Source: Schizochytrium sp. TIO01 (lineage: Eukaryota > Protista > Bigyra: Labyrinthulomycetes). From it: a DNA stretch of 64,000 nt. A program made the position numbers and the translations under genes. The DNA is taken from positions 6,058,761 through 6,122,760 of the forward strand of contig SMSO01000031.1 of assembly GCA_004764695.1 (NCBI GenBank), given 5' to 3'. Shown here one piece after another: positions 35,101 to 44,300 of this stretch; the stretch's first letter is position 1; each line of letters begins with the position of its first letter. The notes under the pieces were generated by a model. That model was given only the letters and a program-made list of their open reading frames with translations, had not been told where the DNA came from and did no database searches.

Positions 35101-36425
35101 TTAATGGTCATGTTTTTTAAAACATCATCTTTCGATCCTTCTATAAGGAACTTGAGATCCTGCACAAGACTATCCCGCGCAGTTTTACTTAGTGATGATA
35201 GATCCTCCTTGCTGATCGGTTTTGGGTCCTTTTTGTTGAATGAAGACATCTCAGAATCAGCAAATGTTTCGCCTTTGCTCCGCGGACCCTCCAGAATCAG
35301 TTTGAGGAAATCGGCGTTTTTGCTATACTTCGCGGCGAGATGAAGCTTTAAGATCCCCTTGTATTCCACGTCGCTTGACCCTTCTGCGTTGCGACCACCA
35401 AGTTCTACCGTGAATGGAATGTCGCATAGGCGCACTGCTTCATCTTCATCTTCATCCTTCGGATCTTCCTCAACATCTGATTCTTCATCTTGTTCTTCTT
35501 GTAGTTTTTTGATATGAAGAATTTTTCTGATTAATTTGGTATCAGTAGGAGAAGGGAATATCGCAATGCAATTATAAGATACATTTTTTGCGGAATCAGA
35601 TTCCGCTGTGTCAGCGGTTGAGCACGATACGAGCTCTGTTTTATTCGCGTTTTCTGATTTCTTTAAAAATTCATGCACATCAATACATTTCAGGTCTGGT
35701 TTTCGCATGCCTTGGAGTGTTTCGTGCATGCTTCGTACAGTAGCACAATTTGCATTGGAGAAAACCTTCCTAGCTGACTCAAGAGCCTTGAAAACACCAA
35801 GATGGTCACCATGAACGTTTAAATTTGTTGTTTCCCCTTTGGCATGATCATTTAAATTTGTTGTTTTCTCTTCGGCAAAATCCTTAATCATCTGACTTTT
35901 ACCGTAATATTTGTCACTGATAGTCACAGCCATTACGAGAGCAAAGATCTCAGCACGATAAACTTCTTCTTCTTCTTTTCCCGGTCGCGGGTCGACTTTT
36001 AGTTTGAGAGTTCCACGCAATGCGTTATCTTTAAGAAGACCAGAAGTCCCTTTGAGCCAGCAACACTTCAGGAGCTCTATCAAAGGCAGCAACTCAATTT
36101 GTTTTTTCTCTTGCATTTCCAGCAAGCATTTTGGCCAGTCTGGTTGTACTACACCACTTGCATCTATCTTTTCGCTCAACTCTTCAAGAGCACCATTCAT
36201 CACAAGCACGAGAGGAAGCTTATCGCTTGGCTCAATGTCTGATTTCTCATCCTTTTCCTCCTCATCGTGCTTCCCATCCTGTTCCTCCTCGTCTAACTTA
36301 GGGACTTCCTTTTCGTCCTCATCACCATCTATAACGATTACATTTACACGGCTCTGCTTCGCTTCGCTGCTTGCGCTAGCTCTCTTTTTCGAGCTGCTGC
36401 CCTTTGCAGCCTTCCCCCGATCCAT
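29184..36425 (-). CDS. GREB1-like protein copy A: circularly permuted SF2 helicase + TAGT/base-J-glucosyltransferase-type GT (2413 aa)
   Basis: Motif order ILVPNFNSLLQQT (Ia), IVADECHHG (II), LLVSATP (III), LCEKGRMGDTFPHSLRFLDLR (V), QEFGRVCRY (VI), then LLLMAQCQQGKTGTYL (Walker A). C-terminal FVPSYNRA, GGIGYARLFIQ, WVWLLDDNV, FVFLNV, WEDVEFN match the GREB1 C-terminal/JGT pattern as I recall it. Confidence 0.8.
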   Translation of the reverse strand: MDRGKAAKGSSSKKRASASSEAKQSRVNVIVIDGDEDEKEVPKLDEEEQDGKHDEEEKDEKSDIEPSDKLPLVLVMNGALEELSEKIDASGVVQPDWPKCLLEMQEKKQIELLPLIELLKCCWLKGTSGLLKDNALRGTLKLKVDPRPGKEEEEVYRAEIFALVMAVTISDKYYGKSQMIKDFAEEKTTNLNDHAKGETTNLNVHGDHLGVFKALESARKVFSNANCATVRSMHETLQGMRKPDLKCIDVHEFLKKSENANKTELVSCSTADTAESDSAKNVSYNCIAIFPSPTDTKLIRKILHIKKLQEEQDEESDVEEDPKDEDEDEAVRLCDIPFTVELGGRNAEGSSDVEYKGILKLHLAAKYSKNADFLKLILEGPRSKGETFADSEMSSFNKKDPKPISKEDLSSLSKTARDSLVQDLKFLIEGSKDDVLKNMTIKVTKPDQSGESIPAVEITLPSEYAQSEQDNEIPEREEGSQGLAHPEQREVAEKLFEKACEVLTGSKSPSKLATMFDRVHFVILVPNFNSLLQQTKERVEAAMLTDGHVMKYTMEPKPAVNEQLKQLQALAENERNLILIVADECHHGPGLNGAHHQLLNEKIKEATENTEKTENTENKEIKKVKGACVLRLLVSATPQNALTSCTRIPKNNVVTWYNATSLYRSMDYYVETATWAIPAKVSNLRFNLIAGARAPSSSGEIPVHGHDNRTFRFPMHDYGSYVRVLHSLVDETLAKSDKFAHLPPRTKNSGAMTFSVEVVGNGETKLKVRYPFRLLEFDDSNFDPDTGILTWLGFSKDDFDKKIRAPRHRNKKYLDVMASGMPILCDMDGEERKRKGLFVDVDCLPRRRQKVLSDNTFQTFLSICETDANFGKRLGRARKTSKSIAKNVPLYNGHILMTDYILSLTFLAIYRVDREHLFDTKAMETAEDIFLPKKDNLTCVRDESKLREFAQMLGFAEILGFDQPDETVTKFRAATGMADVQHVMDVLLNALRRTALGELFALIRPAADSNESEGQKEMERSMFQEVLSSDERHNLEKMINETDQSELEDAELDNWNFSEHVWRAVWKYIIWSKLKRHNEDLSSEQDNTSEEWYNETDRLVYDLLDIHPKYRTGRMAVIRVYESDENLSVQDGLRSALKRLKLTSDDINKGGVLSVVGDIGGHESKQKSGRGRTRSGTSLHKQVETWTLERDLRHPFEQAASSSPREGIRERVKKHQGAASEQNLTSHKTRSGRAPKQKEAAAKYEDLENLPTIVILCEKGRMGDTFPHSLRFLDLRLRSSKTYSTFVQEFGRVCRYPALRKDEDGFRDIEVRVNGNGVIENENDVKIEIEEIGIWLQRFFIDCGSVAVSDPGNNVCFHADSQRQLEDRFSQELRQRESSGNLPLRGTWKVRMYVHVLPTVLMSPERFKTQIAQAIENKYEHCWGGNRIDQCIPGDVDKYVQRKGQLQGFKCEYIKGKLSVTNPLHSIESYRKTLVPKPEATARDPHYDVGRTPGKDEDPKRLLLMAQCQQGKTGTYLHFIRLLKNAINFEEPVVPEALPLVRSQHCIFPYWKDLTVSIQSPLRNFYNHPAKGQYHRNAMQQRTLMLLVSSSQKAKSWLDTYLKYLREESGEAIQTKIGIKKVEALEAACRNEDCPVKLDPPSVLDSTTLQKCINYDGRFTKDPAVKSAFESWTSDSENEDFVNFANESIAKMNMKENCLDPIKILRKAQAHVQASLWDCVTSAKMDYAGAPRHKQLSSVDTNSQPVEVEVVSDNAYTEFAARPVTNSFNQAYNKGSSLYENVSVSVEGTAHVLPNIPALSIPIDGFHGISYDDRSSFNPIRLSHDNSLHLQDGAQTHRWVFVPSYNRAGTALLDYRGALPEADGLKTVVCLVVRSGEQFDNYRDIFGSAYVIIGMPDRMDSKYQPGDTVSAKGGGIGYARLFIQLLSSALGLKWVWLLDDNVNLCFQQQNLEDQSDKNENREGMEACSFDSVMNKIEKIVLNDHKAEPIPKGEYKQMKTPESLLRLEPPPRVSERNLAENRDEVTGGANKYGLIGIRRDPHGSLNDPLKPFQVTYSVYSFVFLNVEETVRREIFYPCKTFWEDVEFNHLLDEEGLVCLKVNHLYHCKTNLKCRSLPEDDSNAQNLLDWYLAINNSLDEFSCLKEYRLSFMEIMSNRIPSVYDASTELWANDLKARLLRSIPNSETEKKVLALCMVEVSPRESIISDYPYLNDLSFHLPVVIPNALLGIIVRKKDEGSITWLKQLKDEGSAEAELSHRENEILHLQMKDEFDDYILCLRKGSSSMEIVEGSSQSENSDEEASMISDDSAKRRTEREEGAISNTSELSPPSHSQQGKRPRKFSSPSHLEDPRDGSLGKRRRSGNNNANATDGQRPSSIADIPSGKRPRASSSNSSTKNNTRRSSRSSQNLSKGNT
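32953..34448 (-). repeat. Near-identical gap-free ~1.5-kb block shared in inverted orientation with 49329-50824
   Basis: Coordinate sum is constant (83777) at both ends checked. Alternative-frame ORFs 33775-34275 vs 49502-50002 and 33902-34096 vs 49681-49875 translate identically. Confidence 0.9.
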
Positions 36426-36514
36426 GCTTGTCTACGCGCACGCACTAGCTCGTCGCTCCGCAGACCGGCCTCGCCTACAGACAGCCGTATCGCTCTATTC
36501 CAGTTTTGCATTCA
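36426..36514 (-). promoter_or_regulatory. Conserved proximal upstream/5'UTR element shared by all three GREB1-like copies
   Basis: GAATGCAAAACTG(G/A)AATAGAG...GAGG(C/T)C(G/A)GTCT(G/A)CGGAGCGAC...ATG precedes copy A (minus strand), copy B (38239-38325) and copy C (47943-48026). Confidence 0.6.
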
Positions 36515-37460
36515 TTCGCGCTCATTGTATCATCTCAATCTGTTTCTATCGCATTCCTCATTATATCACTATCAATAAAATAGAACTAAAATAGAACTAA
36601 AATAGAAATAGACAGAAATAGACAGAAATAGCACACACACATACACACACCTTCCTCGCCACGTTTCTTCAACCCATCAATACCCAAGCCAGGGCCGACC
36701 AAGCCTCGCCTCCTGCTACCCTCAGCCGATGACCGGAGGCTGTCAGAAGAGCCATTCTCTGGCCACTTGCCCTCTCTCACGCATGGCCCTGAGCCGTTTT
36801 GCCGGACTTCAGCAGCACATGCGCTCAATCAATCTTGGTTGACTGAGAAGCGAAAGATTTTCCAGTTTCCGCGCTCCTACCCTCTCCTAACAGAGCCCTA
36901 CACCCTCGCTCGCTAGCTGGATGGTTAGATAGACGTACGCCTATCTCACAGTAGGCGGTGGCTACCGATATCTAGGCAGCGGTATCTGAAGTGTGCATCA
37001 AAGGGGAACTAGATTAGATTCTGAGAGCGCCTTGATTGATGAATGAATAAGGCCATGCTCGCAGCTGAGCAGGGAATGGCAGCGGGGCCTCGGACTCTGA
37101 GGCTGTTGGGTAGAAACTGGACAGCATGGGGGTCCTAGGAGCAGGCGACAGCGGTATCAAACTCAGCGTCGCAGCTATGATGGGAGATCAGTCCTTCCGT
37201 TTCGGATAGATCATGTTCTGCTTCATTTTTGACCGACCCGCCAGCCGGCTATTTTTTTTAATTTGTTTATTGTTTTTTTTTTTTATTTTTTTTTTTCATG
37301 AATCTTTAAATTAAAATAAAATAGTTGGAACGGTTCTTCAGAGACAGAGAGTAGATGTGCATGTCATACAACTGGGAAGGTAGAGATATGTAATAGCCTC
37401 CTATGATATATGATGACGGCGTAGGGCATATATATTTTTAGTTAGCTACTACCATGAATC

Positions 37461-37465
<5 letters not shown>

Positions 37466-37492
<27 letters not shown>
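37466..37492 (+). repeat. Poly-T tract (27 nt)
   Basis: Read directly. Confidence 0.9.
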
Positions 37493-37759
37493 CTCTCGTT
37501 GTCTCCTTAAAAATATATATGTATTTTAAAAAAATAGTAACAAATTTGTTTTTAACGAAAGTAGTATCGGCCTACATTTCTTTAATATATCGGTTTCTAC
37601 ATACTTTAATTAATAAACACTTTTTTTTAACTTTTTTTAATTAAAATTAAAATAGTATGTATAGGTCTGCACGGCTTATTGTTCTTTGAACATTTATGTT
37701 CCTTAGTATGTACTTCAGAGAACACCATTCCTTTTCTAGGGAATGAATAAAATCTGCAT

Positions 37760-38322
37760 ATTATCTTTAGATCAAGTGGAATCTTGGCAACGCATGAAGC
37801 TACTTAGAAGCAGGCTCAGTCTCAAAATCTTTAAGAGTGTTATAACGATGGAGCTTCTGGCAAACCACATAATTCGTATCGCTGCCTCCATTACGGGCGC
37901 TCTCAGAAAGAATAGAACTGACTAAGCACCACACTCGTAGAGAAGGAAGTAATCCCGCTTCCAATTTTCTCTCCGTTGGCGGTCAGCCAAGATTGACAGA
38001 GATATTTGCTTAAGAAACAAAAGATCTGTTACAACGTTTCAACAGAGATACGTTAGGACAAACAAACAATGAGTCGTTCTTCCTAAGACCTCTGATTTTT
38101 AGCTGACAAGAGACGAAGAGGTTCTTAGCTTGATTGATGCGTTGATTAGATAAAGTTCATAATTTTTGTAATGCCTTTATATGACACCATAGGAGTAGCT
38201 TAAGATCATTCTGATCGAAGCAAGAACATGTCGATCGTGAATGCAAAACTGAAATAGAGTAATAAATTTGTCTGACGGCGAGGTCGGTCTACGGAGCGAC
38301 ACACAACTGCGTGCAGACAACC
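37760..38322 (+). repeat. Duplicated upstream region of copy B (homologous to 47484-48023)
   Basis: Colinear shared words, e.g. CTTCCAATTTTCTCTCC(G/A)TTGGCGGTCAGCCAAGATTGACAGAGATATT, TAGCTGACAAGAG, GATTGATGCG and GAATGCAAAACTGAAATAGAG. Confidence 0.85.
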
Positions 38323-41300
38323 ATGCTTGCGAAAAAGTATGCAAAGGGCACTGGCACGCGAAAGCGCCCTAGTGCAGCGAGCGGAGCGAAGCCGAACGAT
38401 TCGTCCGATCTACCAGGTGATGGCCACCAAACTCAAAAGAAATCAAGAACCACAAAGAAACCAACACCTCAACAGAAATCAAGAACCACAAAGAAACCAA
38501 CACCTCAACAGAAATCAAGAACCACAAAGAAACCAACACCTCAACAGAAATCAAGAACTCCAGAGAAACCAACAACTCCAGAGAAGCCAGCAACTCCAGA
38601 GAAACCAACAACTCCAGAGAAGCCAGCAACTCCAGAGAAACCAACAACTCCAGAGAAACCAACAACTCCAGAGAAACCAGCAACTCCAGAGAAACCAACA
38701 ACTCCAGAGAAACCAACAACTCCAGAGAAACCAACAACTTCAGAGATACCAACAACTCTAGAGAACCCAACAACTCCAGAGATATCAACAACTCCAGAGA
38801 ATCCAACTGAGGTTCCGAATAAGACAAGCGATAAACCTCCTCTGGTGCTGGTGCTGAATGGTGCTCTTGACGAGTTGAGCGAAAATACAGAAAATGGTGA
38901 TGAGGCACAACCAGACTGGCCACAGGCACTGCTGGAAATGCAAAGGAACAAAGAAATTGAGCTCCTGCCTTTGACAAAACTTCTTAATCATTGTTGGCTC
39001 GAAGGGGAGGTTCCCAACCTTTCGAACGAACGGGCACTGCGCGGGACCCTTAGATTCCGTTTCAACCCAGGCACAACAGAGGCAATGGATGTTTTTCGTG
39101 CTGAGATTTTTGCTTTGGTGATGTTGAAAACGACCCACGAATTTTGTTACTCAAATAAGTTTCAGTTTCTCAAAATATCCGAGCGAGATCAAACGCCATG
39201 CTTAAATGTTGATGAAGATCACGTTGGCATTTTGAGGGCTCTTGAGTCGAAGAGCAAGAACGCTTTTAAAAAGTTTGAAAAACCAGTTCGAAGCATGTAC
39301 AATCTCATTCAGCAATTGCGAAGAGACCATCTTCGTAAACCATTTGAAGTTGAAGAGCTCAAGAAGCTCCTCGAAGATTGTAAGCACGACAATAAAACAC
39401 AGTTCTTATCGTGCCAAACGGATGATAGTTTTGATGTTGACTCTACCACAAGCATTTCCAATAATTGCATCATGATATTCCCCTCTCCAAATGATACAGC
39501 AACTATCAGAAGGATTATTGAAGAAAATGAGAAAGACGACGAAGAGGCTGAAGAATCAGATACTGACTCAGATGGAGATTCTGAGACAATTCACCTCTGT
39601 GATATTCCTTTGACCGTAGAGTTTTCTGACAACAACACAAATAGTTCAAGTGATTTAAAGAACGCAGGGGTGTTGAAGTTGCACCTCGCAACAAAGCATA
39701 TGAATGACTGCAATTTCCTTAAGCAAATTCTGCAAGGTCCATGCAATCGGAACGAGTTTGACGATGCTGAGTTATCAGCATTTAGCGAGGATTGTCTCAA
39801 CTCATTCGACAAAAAGAGTCTCTCAGAGCTCAGCAGGGCTGCACAAAATACTCTATTACAAGAGCTAAGATTCCATATTATCAATCCTATCCCTAGAAAT
39901 CCGTCAGGACAAAATCAAGGAGACCAATTTCAAAAGCTAGAATCTATCAGAAAGAATATAGAGGAAGAAATTCTGAAGGAAGTGAAAATTGTTGTTTCTG
40001 CAGCGAAGGAAGGCCACGACCTTCCTACCGTCAAAATAACACTGCCAACAAGGTATGCTCAAAGTGAGCAGGACAACGAAGTTCCAGAGCGAGAGGAGGG
40101 TAGCCAAGGCCTCGCTCATCCAGAACAGCGCGAAGTCGCCGAACAGCTTTTCGAGAAAGCATGTGAAGTTCTAACTGGCTCCAAAACGTCCTCTAAGTTG
40201 GCTACAATGTTTGACCGTGTGCATTTTGTCATTCTCGTGCCAAACTTCAACTCACTTTTACAGCAAACAAAAGAACGCGTCGAAGCTGCAATGCTGACAA
40301 ATGGACATGTCATGAAATACACAATGGAACCGAAAACTGCAGTCGATCAACAGCTGAAACACCTAAAGTCTTTGGCTGAGAATGAGCGAAACCTGATTTT
40401 GATCGTTGCAGATGAGTGTCACCATGGGCCAGGAGTGAGTGGTGCACATCACCAACTATTGAATGAAAAGTTGAATGGAGAAAACGTCCTGCGTCTGCTC
40501 GTCTCCGCAACACCCCAGAATGCTTTAACTTCATGCACCCGTATTCCTGAAAATAACGTTGTTCCTTGGTATAAGGCGACCTCTCTGTATCGAAGTATGG
40601 ACTACTATGTGGAGACAGCAACATGGGCTATTCCTGCAAAGGTTAGCAACCTACGCTTCAAAGTGTATGACAATGCGAGGGCCCCTTCAAGCAGTGGCGA
40701 GGTTCCGGTTCATGGACATGCTGATCGTACCTTCCGTTTTCCTATGCATGATTACGGATCATACGTAAGAGTTCTCAATAGTCTTGCTGACGAAACTCTG
40801 AAGAAGTCAGATGAATTTGCGCACCTTCCCCGCAGATCCAAAAATTCTGGTGCAATGACGTTTTCTGTGCAAATTGTTGGAAGTGGTGACACGAAATTGA
40901 AAGTGAGATACCCATTCCGTCTTTTAGAATTTGATGAATCTAACTTTGATCTAAACACGGGTATTCTTAACCGGCTGGGGTTTGACGCTGCTGACTTTCC
41001 ACGAATCAGTGAAGCAACAGAACATGGAAATAAAAAATTTATCGATGTCACGGCCAGAAGGACGCCCAATCTATGTGACATGGATGGAGAGAAAGGAAAG
41101 AAAGAGGGTGGCTTACTCGATGTCACGGCCAGTGGGACGCCCAATCTATGTGACATGGATGGAGAGAAAGGAAAGAAAGAGGGTGGCTTAGTCGATGTCA
41201 CGGCCAGTGGGACGCCCAATCTATGTGACATGGATGGAGAGAAAGGAAAGAAAGAGGGTGGCTTAGTCGATGTCACGGCCAGTGGGACGCCCAATCCATG

Positions 41301-44300
41301 TGACATGGATGGAAAGAAAGGAAAGAAAGGAAAGAAAGAGGGTGGCTTACTCGATGTAGATTGCCTACCAAGGAGACGACAAAAGGTGCTCTGTGACAAC
41401 GCTTTCCAAACATTCCTTTCCATATGTGAGACAAATGCGAACTTTGGAAAACGCCTTTCTAAGGAGCGTAAAGCAACAAAATTCATCGCAAAGAATGTGC
41501 CACTTTATAATGGTCATATTCTCATGACAGACTATATCTTGTCTCTAACGTTCTTGGCTATATATCGCGTGGACCGGGAACATTTATTCGACACAAAGGC
41601 CATGGAGACTGCGGAGGACATTTTTCTTCCAATAGACAATTACTCAACATGCGTGAGAGATGAGTCCAAACTGAAGGAGTTTGCACAGATGCTTGGTTTT
41701 GCCGAGATCCTGGGGTTTGATCAGCCCAATGAGAAAGTGACAGAATTTAAAACAGCAACCGGGATGGCTAACGTACAACATGTCATGGACGTTCTGCTAA
41801 ATGCACTTTGTCATACAGCGTGGGGGGAACTTATTGGTTTTAGAGCAGCGGGTGGGAGTGAAGATGACGATTCGAGTGAAATCGACGATTCTATTGAAGC
41901 TGATAACGATTCAGACGAGGTGTTTGACTTAAATACGTCGGATTTCAAGAAAACCCTTTCTTCAGACGAGATAGAGATTTTAAAAAAGATGAGAAAGAAG
42001 CGTAAATTTTCTTCAAAGAAGGTAGAATTCAAAACCGAAGGCATTCGACCAGATGCACGGAGAATTTTGTGGAAGTATATCATTTGGTCAAAGCTCAAGC
42101 GTCACGAAGAAGATCTAAGTCATGAACAGGATAACACATCCGAAGCATGGTATAATGAGACTGATCGTCTTGTATACGACCTTTTAAACATCGACCCGAA
42201 ATATCGCACGGGGCGTATGGCTGTAATCCGTGTTTACGAGTCAGATGAGAACTTGTCGGTCCAAGATGGCCTTCGTAGTGCTCTGAAACGACTTAAACTC
42301 ACAAGTGATGACAAGGGTGGTGTTTTGAGCGTTGTAGGAGATATTGGTGGGCATGAATCCAAACAGAAATCTGGTCGTGGCAGAACCCGTAGTGGTACAA
42401 GTTTACATAACCAAGTTGAGCCATGGACTTTGGAACGTGATCTGCGCCACCCTTTTGAACAAGAAAGCTCCCCCGAAACTCGGGAAACGATATTGGATCG
42501 AGTAGCAAAGCACCAGGGAATGGGTTCAGAGCAAGACACGCGTCGTCATACAAAAGCAAAACAAAAAGAGGCAGCAGCAAAGTATGAGGATCTTGAAAAT
42601 CTGCCTACAATTGTTATTTTATGTGAAAAAGGGCGAATGGGAGACACATTCCCTCATTCATTGCGCTTTCTTGACTTGCGTTTGCGATCATCTAAAACGT
42701 ATTCGACATTTGTCCAGGAGTTTGGTCGTGTCTGTCGCTATCCAGCGTTGCGAAAAGATGAAGATGGTTTTCGTGATATTCGCGTTGACGACAATGGAGT
42801 TATTGAAAACGAGGATGCCGTGACGACGGAAACTCGTCGTTGGCTGCAAACATTCTTCATAAACTGTGGAAGTGTAGCTGTATCTGATCCTGGGAATAAT
42901 GTCTGTTTCCATGCAGATTCGCAGCAACAGCTAGAAGATCGGTTTTTCCAGGAGCTTCATAAGCGAAAGTCAGGAGGGGTCCTACCTCTGCGAGGAACTT
43001 GGAAGATTCGTATGTACGTTCATGTGTTGCCAACGGTTTTGATGAGCACTGAACGATTTCAAACCCAGATTGCAAAAGCCATTGAGAACAAGTATGAGCA
43101 TTGTTGGGGTGAAAACCGTATTGATCAATGCATTCCAGGTGATGTTGATAAGTACGTGCAGAGGAAAGGTGAACTTCAAGGCTTTAAATGTGAATATATC
43201 GAAGGTAAGCTGTCGGTGACCAATCCTTTGCATAGTATCGAGTCGTACCGGAAAATGTTAATTCCGAAAGCTACAGCGAGAGATCCTCACTATGACGACG
43301 GGCGCACACCTGGCAAAGACGAGGACTCCAAACGCTTGCTTCTGATGGCTCAGTGCCAACAGGGTAAAACAGGAACATATCTGCATTTTGTTCGTCTGCT
43401 CAAGAATGCAATCAAATTTGAAGAGCCGGTTGTTCCAGAGGCCCTCCCTCTTGCCAGATCGCAGCAGTGCATTTTTCCGTACTGGGAGAACCTCACAATT
43501 TCGAATCAGATACCTCTTTACAATTTATACAATCATCCTGCAAAAGGACAGTACCATCGCAAAGCGATGGAACAGCGAACACTTATGCTTCTTGTTGGCG
43601 CTGCGCAAAACCCAACAAACTGGCTTCAGACGTACCTGCAATACTTGTGCAGGGAATCTGGCGAAGCTATCCAGACAAAAATTGGAATAGAAAAAGTTAT
43701 GGCACTCGGAGACGCTTGCCGTAATAAGGGCTGCCCAGTTAAGCTTGAGCCTCCTTCTGTGATAGATCAGCTTACTTTGCAAAAGTGTATCAATTATGAC
43801 GGCAGATTTACAAAAGATCCAGCTGTTAAATCTGCATTCGAGAGCTGGACTTTGGAGAACGATAACACAGACTTTGTCAATTTTGCAAAGGAATCAATTG
43901 CGAATATAAACATGAAAGACAAGTGTCAAGATTCTATGAAAATTCTTCGTAAAGCTCAAGCGCATCTACAAAAGTCTCTCTGGGGCTCCCGTACCATGAC
44001 AAAGATGGACCGTGCAGGTGCACCAAGACACAATCAATTAAGTTCTGCTGATACGAACAGCCAGCCAGTTGAGAAAGTCTCGAAAGAATCCTACACTGAA
44101 TTCGCTGCTCGGCCAGTGACCAATTCTTTCAATCAAGCCTACAACAAAGGCTCTTCGCTGTATGAGAATCTCTCAGTGTCAGATGAAGACTCTGCTCATG
44201 TTCTCCTGAACATTCCTGCTTTGTCAATCCCAATAGACGGTTTTCACAGAATATCTACTGACGACAGATCATCGTTCAGTCCGATTCGCATAAGTCACGG

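Noticed and set aside
37315-37365. U6 snRNA-like words (TTGGAACG...ACAGAGA; also CTTCAGCAGCACAT at ~36807)
   Set aside because: Spacing is wrong, the 5' stem-loop and ISL are absent, and the pieces are 500 nt apart.
38435-38810. Regular 36-bp repeats resembling a CRISPR array
   Set aside because: The units are head-to-tail without unique spacers, lie in frame in a CDS, and the context is eukaryotic with no cas genes.
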